This document shows positions 52,066 through 63,822 of a stretch of 64,000 nucleotides of DNA, one piece after another; the first letter of the stretch is position 1, and each line of letters starts with the position of its first letter. The notes under the pieces were generated by a model that saw only the letters and a program-made list of their open reading frames with translations, ran no database searches and was not told the origin of the DNA. The position numbers were made by a program, and so were the translations under genes. The stretch comes from an uncultured Candidatus Rokubacteria bacterium (GTDB taxonomy: Bacteria; Methylomirabilota; Methylomirabilia; Rokubacteriales; CSP1-6): positions 738,193-802,192 of the forward strand of contig CAVWWD010000005.1 of assembly GCA_963758635.1 (NCBI GenBank). The letters are read 5' to 3'.

Positions 52066-53138
52066 TTGAGCAACTCGAACGAAGCCGATGCCGATACCCG
52101 GCCGCACACCCCCCTTGCCCACGGGGGGCGGGCGCTTCCGGCCGTCATCGTCGATACCTATAACGAAGAACTGCGCGACGACGATGGCTTCGTCGGCGAT
52201 CGGGCCAGCCGCCGTGCCTTCCGGGCGATATTGGCCGACTGGCGCGAACGCCTGAAGGAGCATGGCGAGGATCCGCTGGGCGACACGCCGATGGAGGATG
52301 TCTCCAAGGCGAAGCTCGACAAGATGATGGCGAGCGACGATCCGAAGTCTGCCGCCCTCGTCCATACCGTGGTGGAGGAATTCGCCGCCGAGCTGGCGAC
52401 GGTGGTGCGTCGTTTCATGAGGCTGGCGAGCTGGAAGGATACCGAGCGCATCGTGCTGGGCGGCGGCCTGATCGCCAGCCGCATCGGCGAGCTGGCCATG
52501 GGCCGCGCCTCGCTCCTTCTGACCGGCGCCGGCATCGCGGTGGAGCTGTCCCCTATCCAGAATCATCCCGACGAAGCCGGCCTGATCGGCAGCGTGCAGC
52601 TCGCTCCGTCCTGGATCCTGGCCGGCCACGACGCCATCCTCGCCGCCGACATCGGCGGCACCAACGTGCGCGTCGGCATCGTCGAGCTCAATGCCGACAA
52701 GCGCGGCAGCGTTGCCGAGGCCGATGTATGGAAACGCCAGCACTGGCGGCACTTTGACGACAAGCCGGAACGCGAGGAGGCGATCGACCGCATCGCCGAC
52801 ATGCTGGTCAAGCTGATCGAGCGTGCCGAGGGCGAGAAGGTGAAGCTCGCCCCGTTCATGGGCATCGGCTGCCCGGCCTGATCGACGAGCACGGTACGAT
52901 CCTGAAGGGCGGCCAGAACCTGCCCGGCAACTGGGAAGGCGACAGCTTCAACCTGGCGGTCGCGCTGGGCAAGCGCCTGCCGCGGATCGGCGGTCACGAC
53001 GTCTTCATCCAGATCCACAACGATGCCGTCGTGCAGGGCCTGAGCGAGGTTCCGAACATGAAGGACGTCAGCCACTGGGGCGTCATGACCATCGGCACGG
53101 GCCTCGGCAACGCCCGCTTCACCAACCGGACGGACTAG
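52066..53138 (+). CDS. ROK family protein (frameshift near 52875)
   Basis: ADIGGTN, GIGCP(G), NLPGNW, HNDAVVQG, TIGTGLG. Confidence 0.85.
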
Positions 53139-53147
53139 GAGCCCCGC

Positions 53148-54107
53148 GTGGAAGCGCCGCGCCTGGAACGCAAGCTGGTCGCCATCCTCGCCGCCGACGT
53201 CGAGGGCTACAGCCGCCACATGGAGCGCGACGAAGCGGCAACGCTGGCCACCCTGTCCGCCCACCGCGTGATCGTCGATGAACTCGATCAATTCCCACCA
53301 TGGCCGTATCACCGGCACGGCCGGCGACAGCGTGCTGGCGGAGTTCGCCAGCGTCGTCGAAGCTGTCGACTGCGCGGTGAAGATCCAGGACGCGCTGGCC
53401 GCGGCAAACGAGGACTTGCCGGACGAGCACCGCCTGCGGTTTCGCATCGGCATCAATGTCGGCGACGTCATGGTCAAGGACGGCGACATCTTCGGCGACG
53501 GCGTCAACATCGCCGCGCGGCTGGAAATCCTGGCCGAGGCCGGGCGGCATCTGCATCTCGCGCGGCGTGCGCGACCATGTGCGCAAGATGGGCCGCTTCG
53601 CCTTCGAGGATCTGGGCGAGCAGAGCGTCAAGAACATCGAACAGCCGATCCGCGCCTTTCGCGTGCGCGGCTCGTGCCGACGGCGCCGCCAGTCCGACGA
53701 CGAGCGCGGCCCTCGCGCAAAGCCGACCGCCGCGCCAGAACCGGACCGCATCGCCGCACGCAGCGCCGCCTACCGCGCCTACCGCCGAAGAAGCCGAATT
53801 CGAGCTGGCTTTCTGGGAGTCGATCAAGGACAGCCAGGATGCCGCGGAGTTTGCGGCTTACCTCGAGAAATATCCCGACGGCACCTTCGCCGCCCTGGCC
53901 GAGACGCGCCGCAGCGCGCTTCTGGAGGAGGCGGGGTCGGCGGACAAGGAGCCCGAAGCTGACGCGGTCGAGCTCGCTTACTGGGACACGATGAAGGACA
54001 GCGACAATCCCGACATGTTCCGCGCCTACCTCGAGCGCTATCCCGACGGCGCGTTCGCGCCGCTGGCCAAGGTTCGACTGGAAGAGCTCGGCGCACCATC
54101 GACCTGA
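53148..54107 (+). CDS. class III adenylate/guanylate cyclase with two C-terminal YLxxYPxG repeats (frameshifts)
   Basis: AILAADVEGYS, TAGDSV, RIGINVGDV, GDGVNIAARLE, VKNI. Confidence 0.85.
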   Translation: MEAPRLERKLVAILAADVEGYSRHMERDEAATLATLSAHRVIVDELDQFPPWPYHRHGRRQRAGGVRQRRRSCRLRGEDPGRAGRGKRGLAGRAPPAVSHRHQCRRRHGQGRRHLRRRRQHRRAAGNPGRGRAASASRAACATMCARWAASPSRIWASRASRTSNSRSAPFACAARADGAASPTTSAALAQSRPPRQNRTASPHAAPPTAPTAEEAEFELAFWESIKDSQDAAEFAAYLEKYPDGTFAALAETRRSALLEEAGSADKEPEADAVELAYWDTMKDSDNPDMFRAYLERYPDGAFAPLAKVRLEELGAPST

Positions 54108-54115
54108 GAGACAGC

Positions 54116-55180
54116 ATGAAGTTGTTCAAGTGCCAGGCTTGCCAGCAGGTTCTCCATTTCGAGAACACGCTGTGCGAGAAATGCCGGCATCGCCTGGGCT
54201 ACCTGCCGCTCGCCGCGACGCTGTCGGCGGTGGAGCCGGACGGCGACGTCTGGAAGGCGCTGGCCGCGCCCGGCACGCCTTTCCGCTTCTGCGCCAACGC
54301 CCAGCATGAGGCCTGCAACTGGCTGGTCGAGGCATCCTCGGCCGACGCGCTTTGCCTGTCCTGCCGCCACAACCGCACGATTCCAGACCTGTCGATCGAG
54401 GCCAATGTGGACGGCTGGCGCAAGATCGGGCGCGCCAAGAACCGGCTGTTCTACTCCCTGCTGCGTCTCGAGCTGCCGCTGGTGACCAAGGCGGAGAACG
54501 AGCAGACGGGGCTCGCCTTCGACGTCCTGGCAGACCTGCCGCAGTCAGGAGCGCCGCGGGTGATGACGGGACACGATAACGGCCTCATCACCATTGCGCT
54601 GGCCGAGGCTGACGATGTGCGGCGCGAGCAGAGCCGGGTCTCGATGCACGAGCCCTATCGCACGCTGCTCGGCCATTTCCGGCACGAGGTCGGACACTAC
54701 TTCTGGGATCGGCTGGTGCGGGACGGCGGTAAGCTCGAGCCGTTCCGCGCGCTGTTCGGCGACGAACAGGCTGACTACGGTCAGGCGCTGCAACGCCACT
54801 ATAAGCAGGGCCCGCCGGGCGACTGGCAATCGCGCTTCGTCAGTGCCTACGCCACCATGCATCCTTGGGAGGACTTCGCCGAGACCTGGGCGCACTACCT
54901 GCACATCGTCGACACGCTCGAGACCGCCCGCGCCTTCGGCCTGTCGACCCGGCCGGCCGTCACTAAGGGCGACGAGCTCGACGCCTCGGTGGACTTCGAC
55001 CCCTACCGGGCGCAGGCTATGGTGCGGCTGACCGAGAGCTGGCTGCCGCTCACCGTGGCGGTCAACAGCCTGAACCGCGCCATGGGCCAACCCGACCTTT
55101 ACCCCTTTGTTCTGTCGACGCCCGCCATCGACAAGCTGGGGTTCGTGCACGACCTCGTGCGCGGAGCCGGGGCACGATGA
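54116..55180 (+). CDS. putative zinc-binding metallopeptidase with N-terminal Zn ribbon
   Basis: CxxC pairs, MTGHDNG, HFRHEVGHY, HPWEDFAE. Confidence 0.87.
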   Translation: MKLFKCQACQQVLHFENTLCEKCRHRLGYLPLAATLSAVEPDGDVWKALAAPGTPFRFCANAQHEACNWLVEASSADALCLSCRHNRTIPDLSIEANVDGWRKIGRAKNRLFYSLLRLELPLVTKAENEQTGLAFDVLADLPQSGAPRVMTGHDNGLITIALAEADDVRREQSRVSMHEPYRTLLGHFRHEVGHYFWDRLVRDGGKLEPFRALFGDEQADYGQALQRHYKQGPPGDWQSRFVSAYATMHPWEDFAETWAHYLHIVDTLETARAFGLSTRPAVTKGDELDASVDFDPYRAQAMVRLTESWLPLTVAVNSLNRAMGQPDLYPFVLSTPAIDKLGFVHDLVRGAGAR

Positions 55181-56970
55181 GGCTGCCGACGTTCGCCGAT
55201 CCCGGTGACGCGCGCTTGGCACGCACGGTTGCCGTCACCTTCCTCAGCGCAACGGCAATCGTGGCGCTTTACTTTGGCCGTGACGTGCTGATACCGGCGG
55301 CGGTCGCCGTTCTGCTGGCGTTCGTGCTCAATCCCGTCGTGAGCTGGCTGCGGAGCGCATTACCGCTGTCCCTGTCGGTGACGCTCGCGGTGGTGGGCGC
55401 GATGACCGGCTTCGGCATACTCGCGGTCCTGGTCATGACGCAGCTCGCCGAGGTCGCCGGCAGCTTGGCAAGCTACCAGACCAACCTGCACCAGAAGATC
55501 GTGGATGTGCGGCAGCTAGCCGAAGGCGGCGGACCGCTCAGCCGGTTCTTGGCGATGACGGCGTCGCTCGCCCAGGACCTGTCATTCGATCCCGGTCCCG
55601 CCCAGCCGACGGTGCGCGTGCAAAGCGGAGATTCCAGCCTATCGACTGTTGTGACCTTCGTGGCGCCGCTTGTGCATCCGCTGCTGTCGATCGGCATCGT
55701 CATCATCCTAGCTGTGTTCATCTTGCTCGACCGCGATCATCTGAACGACAAGTTCGTCCGCCTGCTTGGAGCCGACGTCCATGCGACGTCAGAAGCGGTA
55801 GGCGACGCCGCCGCGCGCATCGCGCGGATGCTCTCGCTGCAGCTTCTCACCAACCTTGGCTTCGCAGTGCTGGTGGGCGTGAGCCTGTTCATTCTCGGCA
55901 TGCCGAATGCTCTGCTGTGGGGCCTGCTCGCCGGCGGGCTGCGCTTCGTGCCCTATGTTGGCGCGGCGCTAGGTGCACTGCTGCCGACCGTGGTCGCCAT
56001 CGCCGTCATGCCGGGATGGCTGATGCCTCTTCTGGTACTCGCCGTCATCATTGCGTTCGACATCCTGATCGGCCAAGTGGTCGAGCCACTGCTGTTCGGT
56101 GAGTCGACCGGGGTGACGCCCCTGGCGCTGATTCTGTCGGCGATCTTCTGGGGCATGCTGTGGGGGCCGGTCGGGCTGTTGCTGTCGACGCCTCTCACCA
56201 TCTGTCTTCTTGTGCTGGGCACACATGTGCAGCACCTGCAGTTCCTGCAGGTGCTGCTGGGCGCCCAGCCGGCGCTCGCGCCCTACCAGCAGGTCTACCG
56301 CCGCCTGATCCGCAAGGCGGTGATAGACGCCTGCACGGTGGCACTGAAGGAGATCGAGGAGAAGGGCGACGAACGGGGACTGGACGACGCGCTGGGACGC
56401 ATGTTGGTACTTGCCGAAGCCGACCGCGCGCTCGGCCGACTGACCGCGGACCAGACCGCCGCCATTGTCGATGGAACTGACCATGTTCTCGACTTCCTCG
56501 AGAGCGAAACGAGCGTCGGGGATGAAAATCGCGCTGCGTCCGTCGAGGCGTCGGCTGTGGCCAGCGCCGGCACGACGGAGTTCCGCTGCATCGGCGGGCG
56601 CGGCGAAATCGACGATGCCGCGGCGGCGCTGATCGCCTTTGCATTGCGCCAGCGTGGTTTCGCGGCCGAGGAAAGCGCGCGATCCAAAGCCGCTGCAGCG
56701 GCTGACGGTTCCCTGGCGATTCACTTGGTCTGCTACGCCTCCCATCCCTCCGAGGCCGTGGTGCGCTACAATGTACGCAAGCTCGGCGCGGGCGGAAGAC
56801 GGGCCCGCCATGCCGTGATCGATTACGAGGTCGCTCCAACTCCAGCGCTGCCGGCGATGGTAGTGGCCCCAGGCACAGCGCAAAAGTTCGTAGGCGACCT
56901 CGCCACCATCTGCCGCTTGGCGGCCGAGCACCGGACAGAGGTCATGCAGGCGCTGGCGAGACAGGCGTAA
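55177..56970 (+). CDS. AI-2E family transporter with C-terminal extension
   Basis: LRFVPYVG, VEPLLFG, WGMLWGPVGLLLSTPLT; multiple TM helices. Confidence 0.87.
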   Translation: MRLPTFADPGDARLARTVAVTFLSATAIVALYFGRDVLIPAAVAVLLAFVLNPVVSWLRSALPLSLSVTLAVVGAMTGFGILAVLVMTQLAEVAGSLASYQTNLHQKIVDVRQLAEGGGPLSRFLAMTASLAQDLSFDPGPAQPTVRVQSGDSSLSTVVTFVAPLVHPLLSIGIVIILAVFILLDRDHLNDKFVRLLGADVHATSEAVGDAAARIARMLSLQLLTNLGFAVLVGVSLFILGMPNALLWGLLAGGLRFVPYVGAALGALLPTVVAIAVMPGWLMPLLVLAVIIAFDILIGQVVEPLLFGESTGVTPLALILSAIFWGMLWGPVGLLLSTPLTICLLVLGTHVQHLQFLQVLLGAQPALAPYQQVYRRLIRKAVIDACTVALKEIEEKGDERGLDDALGRMLVLAEADRALGRLTADQTAAIVDGTDHVLDFLESETSVGDENRAASVEASAVASAGTTEFRCIGGRGEIDDAAAALIAFALRQRGFAAEESARSKAAAAADGSLAIHLVCYASHPSEAVVRYNVRKLGAGGRRARHAVIDYEVAPTPALPAMVVAPGTAQKFVGDLATICRLAAEHRTEVMQALARQA

Positions 56971-57849
56971 GCGCCCTTAACCACACAACCCTTTTTAGGG
57001 AGCCAGTGCGGGGGCCACGTTGGTGCGAAGGTCCACGTCGCGCAGCTCGTGCGCCCCGAGCTGCAGCAGCGCAAATCGGTGGCAGATGTCGCAGCGCAGG
57101 TACAGCGACCCAAGGTCTCCAGCCGCAAGGCGCGCAACGGCCCGACACTGGGCGACTACCATGGCGCGTCGCTGCGGCGCGCACCGGCTGTAGCGGGCAG
57201 GCCCTCAGGGGAAGTCTTCGGCCTCGCGCAGATGAGGTGCCGCCCCATCAACCGCACCGTCGAAAAAACGGTTACGGCGTAACACTTCGGCAGTGGATTC
57301 CTGAAGGACACGGCATGACACTCGACGTTCAGTTCGGCCGCCTCAGCCAACTGAGATACCAAAGGTCTGCTCCGGGTCTCCGTGCGCCATGCTGGTAGCG
57401 GGTGCCTGCCCGTTTTGATCTCTCACCCGAAGACATCGCATTTGAAATTGTACGGATCTCGCGCAGTCAAGCTTAGTCGAGGTGGCTTTCGCTGACTGCT
57501 GTGCAGATCACGCTGACCCGGAGTCGTGGAAGTATCCGGCATTAGGCCGGCGATGCAACGCATGGAGCCCACGATGACAAAGCGGAGGAAGACGATTTCC
57601 AAGCCGACGCCCTCCGCTATCAGCGCGCGCAAACAGCCGGCAGAGGCTGCTGGCCGCGCGCAGCGGCATCTCATCCTCGATGATTTCTGACATAGAGCGC
57701 GGCTCGCCCAGGCGCTGGGGCTCAGCGCCGCTGCTTTGGTCGGCGGGGGCACGGGTCCAGTGCCGCGCATTCGCGTTCTACGCCGCGGCGAGGGTGCTGG
57801 CGGTGAACACCCCGCCCGTTGGAAAAGCCTTGGACCCGCGGCCTAGGCA

Positions 57850-58070
57850 GCCGTATCGACTTCCTGCGCTATCAGATCCCTCCGTCCACCGTACTAGGCC
57901 CGACCCACCGCCCACGCTCCCGGCCGGTCGAGCATATGCATGTGGCTACCAGCACCGTCCGCGTCATCGTGGGCGACGAAACGGCGGAACTCGCTGCGGG
58001 CGACAGCTGCAGCTGCCGCACCGACGCTCCGCATGCGGTCGAGAACCCCGACCCGTCGGCTGAGGCCTAA
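57850..58070 (+). pseudogene. cupin-domain remnant (XRE-cupin regulator-like)
   Basis: EHMHVATSTVRVIVGDETAELAAGDSCSCRTDAPHAVEN; no intact N-terminus. Confidence 0.5.
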
Positions 58071-58337
58071 TCTAATCGTCAAGCGGGGTTGATCCTTCCA
58101 GTTGGCGGGCCAACCGGAAAAAGAGAATGCTGTAGCTAGATCACAAAGATGCTCGTCTGCGACGATGCTAGATTAGCTGCCATCCAGGCGATAGCGTTGA
58201 ACGCAGCCATGAGCGTTTCGATCTTGGCGGTGCCGGAGGCCTCCATCGTGATAACATTGGCATTGCCCTTTGGCTCGACGCGCGCGTGCAATTGCCCCTT
58301 TCCGAGTGTGACGGCGCGACTTATCCCCTGAGCAGTA

Positions 58338-59224
58338 GCTGTCCGCACAAGACGCTCGCGTTCGCCCGCGCCCTCGGCGAGCCCGTGCACGCTTTCTGCG
58401 CCGGAGCCGAGATTCGCGTCTCCGGCGTCGAGACGACCCATCTCGCGGACGGCGACGCGTTCGCGAGCTATGCCCCCGCAGCTACGGCTCGCGCGCTCGT
58501 CCAGCTCGCCGAGCGGCTTTCAGCGTCGGCGATCGTCGCCGCCGGAACGGCGCGGGGCAACGAAGTGCTCGCCCACGTCGCAGCGATCAGGGATCTCCCC
58601 TTCGCCGCGAACTGCATCAGCGCCAACGAGGGCAGCGTCACGCGGGTCCGCTTGGGGCGGCAGCCTGCTCGAGGAGGCGCAGCTCCACGGCGAGCCGCGG
58701 CTCATGACCGTCCAGCCGCACGCGATCGCCGCCGACGCGGCCTCCGACGAGCCTGCGCAGATCGAGCGCTTCACGCCGGCGCTCGAGGACGCCGACCTGG
58801 TCGTGCGTGTCCGCGAGCGCGTGAGCGCCGCAACAGGCGGCGTGTCGCTCGCCGAGGCCAAGGTCGTCGTCTCGTGCGGTCGCGGCGCCGGCTCTCCAGA
58901 GGGCTTCGGGATCATCGAGGAGCTCGCCGGACTGCTCGGCGGCGCCGTCGGCTGCTCCCGCGCAGTGACCATGGCGGGCTGGCGCCCGCACACGGATCAG
59001 GTCGGGCAGACAGGGACGAAGATCGCTCCCGACATCTACATCGCGTGCGGGATCTCCGGCGCCACCAGCACATGGCCGGATGCAAGGGCGCGAAGGCGAT
59101 CCTCGCGGTCAACACCGACCCGGAAGCCCCGATCCTCGCGAGCGCCGACTACGCCGTCATCGGCGACCTGCACGAGGTCGTCCCCGCGATCTCGGCCGAG
59201 CTGAGAAAGGTCAGGGCGAGCTGA
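58338..59224 (+). CDS. etfA: electron transfer flavoprotein alpha subunit, 5'-truncated at the junction (frameshifts)
   Basis: [52 protein letters not shown]. Confidence 0.88.
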
Positions 59225-61206
59225 GCACGACGGCGAGCGTCGCCTCCGCGGTCGCGCTCGTCGTCGCGGTCGCCGTCGCCGGCTGGCTCTTCGCCCGCCG
59301 CGCACTGTTCCTCTACCGGCTCGTCCGCTCGGGAATGCCGGTGAACCGTCTGTCCGACGTCCCGATTCGTCTCGCGAACGAGACGACGATCGTGGTCGGC
59401 CAGCGGAAGCTGCTGCAGCGACTGGTTCCGGGCCTCGTGCATGCGTTCATCTTCTGGGGCTTCGTCGTGCTCTTCCCCACGATCTTCATCGCGGCCTTCG
59501 CGATCGTCGACAACGAGCACTCATTGCCTTCGAGCTCGCCACTCGGCTGGCTCGAGCAGCAGGGCTGGTACGCGTTCATGGTCGACCTCTTCGCCGTCCT
59601 CGTCCTCGTGGGCGTGGCGTCCGCCCTCGTGATCCGGAAGGTGCAGCGGCCCGAGCGGTTGAAGGGTTCCCACCTCGGAGAGGCCGACCTCATCCTCGCG
59701 CTGATCGCAGGTATCGCGTCGACGCTGCTCCTCTGGCACGCGACGCAGATCGCGCTCGACCTGAACCCCTGGCCCGCAAGCTGGTCACCGGTCTCCGAAA
59801 CGCTCTCCGAGCTGTTCTCGGACGACACGACGACGGGGGTGCTCGAGCGCGTCTTCGTCTGGGCACACGTGCTGATCATCCTCGGCTTCCTCGCGTATCT
59901 CCCGCACTCGAAGCACCTGCACATCGCGACGGCGGCGATCAACGTCTTCTTCGGCCGCACGCAGGCGCCGGGGCGGCTCGAGAAGCTCGAGTTCGAGGCG
60001 GAGGACGAGACGGCGCTGCGCTTCGGTGCCGGCACGGTGGCGGATCTGACGTGGAAGCAGATGCTCGACTCGATGTCGTGCACGGAGTGCGGCCGCTGCC
60101 AGGACGTCTGCCCTGCGTACGCGACGGAAAGGCCCTGTCGCCGAAGCTGCTCATCATGGGCATCCGCGACCAGCTCTTCGCGGAGGGACAGGCGGCGCTC
60201 GCCGGAGATCAGCTGTCACCCCTCGTCCCGAGCGCGGTGACGGACGAGGTCGTATGGGACTGCGTGACGTGCGGCGCCTGCGTGCACGAGTGCCCGGTCT
60301 CGATCGAGCACATCGACCACATCGTCGACCTACGCCGCAACCTCGTCATGGTCGAGTCGCGCCTCCCCGCGGAGACGGAGACGATGCTGCGGGACGTCGA
60401 GCGCGGCTCGAACCGTGGGGGAAGCCACAGACCGAGCGGGCAGCCTGGGCCGAAGGACTCGGCGTGCGGGTCCTCGAGCCCGGAGACCGGCCGCCGCAAA
60501 TCCTCTACTGGGTCGGCTGCGCAGCCGCCTACGACGAGCGCGCACGCACCGCGGCGATCTCGACCGTGAAGCTGCTCCTCGCCGCCGGGCTCGACGTGGC
60601 GATCCTCGGCCCGCGCGAGTCGTGCACCGGAGATCCCGCCCGCCGTGCGGGCAACGAGTACCTGTTCCAGGCCTTCGCGCAGGCGAACGTGGAGACGCTG
60701 AACGACGCGGGCGTGACGAAGATCGTCGCGAGCTGCCCGCACTGCTTCAACACGCTCGCGAACGAGTACCCCGACTTCGGCGGTCGCTACGAGGTCGTGC
60801 ACCACTCGGAGCTGCTCGCGGACCTCGTGGACCGGGGAAGCTGTCACCGGTACGCGGCAACACCACGATCACGTATCACGACTCCTGCTACCTCGCCCGC
60901 CACAACGACGTGCTGGAAGCACCACGCGATCTCGTTGCGTCGATAGGCAGGCCGCTCGAGATGGCGCGAAGCGGGAAGCGCACGTTCTGCTGCGGCGCGG
61001 GCGGCGCCCACATGTGGATGGAGGAGCGCGGCAATCAGATCAACGAAGAACGCGCCCGCGAGGCCGCGGCGACCGGAGCCGACACGCTCGCCGTCGCGTG
61101 CCCCTTCTGCACCGTCATGCTCGACGACGGCATGCGGCAGACCGGGGGCGAGCTTCGCGTCGCAGACGTCTCGACACTCCTCGCCGAGGCGCTCGAGCGG
61201 GAATGA
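59221..61206 (+). CDS. FadF-like membrane Fe-S oxidoreductase (TM, 2x4Fe-4S, CCG domains; frameshifts)
   Basis: HAFIFWGF, SKHLHI, CTECGRCQDVCP, CVTCGACVHECP, YHDSCYL, CCGAGG. Confidence 0.85.
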
Positions 61207-61255
61207 GTCCGAGCGCGAGGGGGCTCCAGGACCGGAGCCCCCTCACGTCGTCGAG

Positions 61256-62937
61256 CTACGGCGTGATAACGCTGACGAAGGCGTCGGTGTTGCCGTACTG
61301 CGGGACAGTGCTCCGGCGGAGCCGGCTTCTCGCCCGGCTCGTGGGCGTAGGGATTCTGGCCCAGGCGCGCCGCGATCCGGTCGGCGAAGTCGCCGCGGAC
61401 CGTCGCGGTGCCGGCGATGAAGCGCTGGTACACGTCCACGGCGGGCAGCCGCAACCGTCGCGCGCGTCCGTGTAGATCAACCAGGCGTGGGCGTTGTCGG
61501 AGACGAGCGTGTTGTAGTCGCCGAAGAACTGGCGAGCCAGGTTGTTCTGGGCGCTCGCCGCCGGATCGGACGGGCCTTGTCACCTTCGCCGGGGCCGTCC
61601 AGCCGCCGCTTATCGGCTTGTCACGTACCAGCTGTCGATCGCGGCGTTGCCGGTCCCATAGGTGCGGATTCGGCGGCGATCGGGCCTGGTAGGCGAGGTC
61701 GACTCGGCCGTTGGGGCCACGTCGAGGCCCTGGAAGAACGCGTAGCCCTCCGCCGCCGTGCTCACGGTCTGGAGCGCGCCTCCAGGTCAGGCCCTTGTCG
61801 GTCGAGGTCGCGACGACAATCCGGCCCCAGTCGGCGTGCGCGTCACCCAGGCGGCGTACAGGGTCGAGTGCCGGCGCCCGGGTCGGCGGCGATGCTCGGG
61901 AAGCTGTTGGTCCGGAAGTTGGAGCCGGGGATCGGGTCGTCGAGGTCGACGACCGGGCCGATCGTGATCGGGCGCGACCACTTGATTGCCGCCGTCGCGC
62001 GAGATGGCGACCACCTGCGCCGGCCCCTGCTCGAAGGCGACGTAGACGCTGCCGTCGGGGCCGCTGCGGACGGCCGAGCCCTGGCGGCCGTTGCCCGTGC
62101 CGTTGTTGCCGGCCGGCGATAGTTGCTTGGGCGACGAGAAGCTCTTGCCGCCGTCGGCCGAGACGGCGACCATGACCGGCTCGGACGGGACTGGAGCGCC
62201 GAGCGGAACTCGGTCCAGGCTCAGGTAGACGCGCCCGAAGAAGGGGCTGCCGGCGAGGTCGTCGACCCAGATCGCCTCCTTGTCGTTGAAATCGTTCGGG
62301 TTCTTCTTCGATCGTGGCGATAACCGGCGCGCTCCAGGTCGAGCCGTTGTTATCCGAGTAGGAGACGGCGAGCAGTTCGGGCGCCTTGTTCGGCGGGTAC
62401 GGGCTGCGGCCGGGCTTGTAGGAGGCGAGCGTCGAATAGTAGGCGCGGACGCCGTTCGCGTAGGAGAAAACGCCATTCCCGTCCGGCTTCGGACCGTAGA
62501 CGATGACCGGGTCGCCGTCGTGACACAGGGCGTCGCCTTCCACAAGTCTTGATCGTCCAGCAGGCCGCGGTTCGTCCAGGTCGCGCCGCCATCCGACGAG
62601 GTGTAGATGCCCGATGTGCCGACGTCGGGAAGAACGAGCAGTCGCTGGCGGGCACAACCGGGCCGCGCACCAGGCCGGGGCCGCAAGGCGGCTGGCGCTG
62701 CTCGTCGTTCGCCCCTGCGATGAGGTAGTTGCAGCGATAGGGTTGACGGCGATCGTCGGCTCGTTCTGCTTGTTGGTGGGGAAGACGGCCGTGTCGTCGG
62801 GTCCGGTCGCCTTGCACCTGCGGCTCGTTGGCCTGGACGTCAGTAGACGTCGCAGCAATTGCCGCGGCGGCGGCGAAGCTGAAGACGGCGACGCACGCAC
62901 TGAGCAACGCGACGCGCCGGACCGGCGTTCTGAACAT
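61256..62937 (-). CDS. secreted sialidase/BNR-repeat (Asp-box) protein, many frameshifts
   Basis: Signal peptide; QNEPTIAVNP; Asp boxes SSDGGATW, SDNNGSTW, SADGGKSF, STDKGLTW; FFGDYN. Confidence 0.75.
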
Positions 62938-63024
62938 GAAACCTCTCCCCTTGTCGATTTCGCGCGTACCGTACTCGCCTGTGCGCAGCTGTGTCTACGG
63001 ACCGTCGGCGCTGACGAATTCGAT

Positions 63025-63761
63025 CTAGACGCCGGCGAGCTGAGCGCTGACCGCCGCGCAGGCGGCCATGAGACGCAACGCTACGGCTGCCTCGCGTCGC
63101 GTCGCGGGAAACCGGTACGCAGGACCGTGGACGTGGATGGCGGCAATCGCCTTGCCGTGGGCGTCTCGCACCGGTGCGGCGACGGAGTCGATGCCCTCGG
63201 CGAACTCCTCGAGGCCCCACGCGTACCCGGCCTTACGCACTTCGGCGAGTCGCGCGCGCAGAAGCGCCGGGTCGGTAACGGTGTGACGCGTGAGTGCGAC
63301 GAGCTCGCCGGCGAGATACGCGTCGAGGGCGTCCTCAGGCCACTCCGCGAGCAGAACGAGGCCCGAAGGCACCGCATGCATGGGCGCGCGCGTTCCCGTC
63401 CAGTCGCGCACCTGCACCGGGTTGTCGGACTCGACCTGGTCGACGTAGAGGATCTCGTTCCCGTCGGGGAGGCCGAGGCCGGCGTCCTCGCCGAGCTCGG
63501 CGACGAGATCTGCGAGAAAGGGACCGGCGATGGAGATCAGGCTGCGCTCAGGGGATGCCGCGGAGGAGAGGGCTGCGACACCTGGACCGATTCGCCAGCG
63601 AGCTCCGTCGAAGCGCTCGACCGCCTCCACGTCCTCGAGCGTCGCGAGCAGGCGCGCGACGGTCGACTCGGCAGCCGCACGCGCTCGGCGATGGCGGTGA
63701 CGCCGGCGGGTCGCTGCGCAACCTCGTCAGGATCGAACGCACGCTCGAGCGATTGCACCAT
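63025..63761 (-). CDS. IclR family transcriptional regulator (5' frameshifts)
   Basis: VQSLERAF, GVTAIAERV, STVARLL, VRKAGYA, SVAAPV, GPAYRF. Confidence 0.88.
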
Positions 63762-63780
63762 CGTCCAGGATCTCCTAGAA

Positions 63781-63814
63781 TTCCACGATACAGCATCGTT
63801 CCACGATATGGAAC
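63781..63814. promoter_or_regulatory. putative IclR operator pair
   Basis: GTTCCA-CGATA-TGGAAC palindrome (63798-63814); TTCCACGATA repeated at 63781 and 63799; lies between the divergent genes. Confidence 0.6.
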
Positions 63815-63822
63815 ACATAGAA

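Noticed and set aside
45746..58337. Genuine genomic island inserted in segment 1
   Set aside because: There is no integrase, tRNA, att repeat or IS end; genes are cut mid-domain at both borders, and the PAP2 gene does not resume on the far side.
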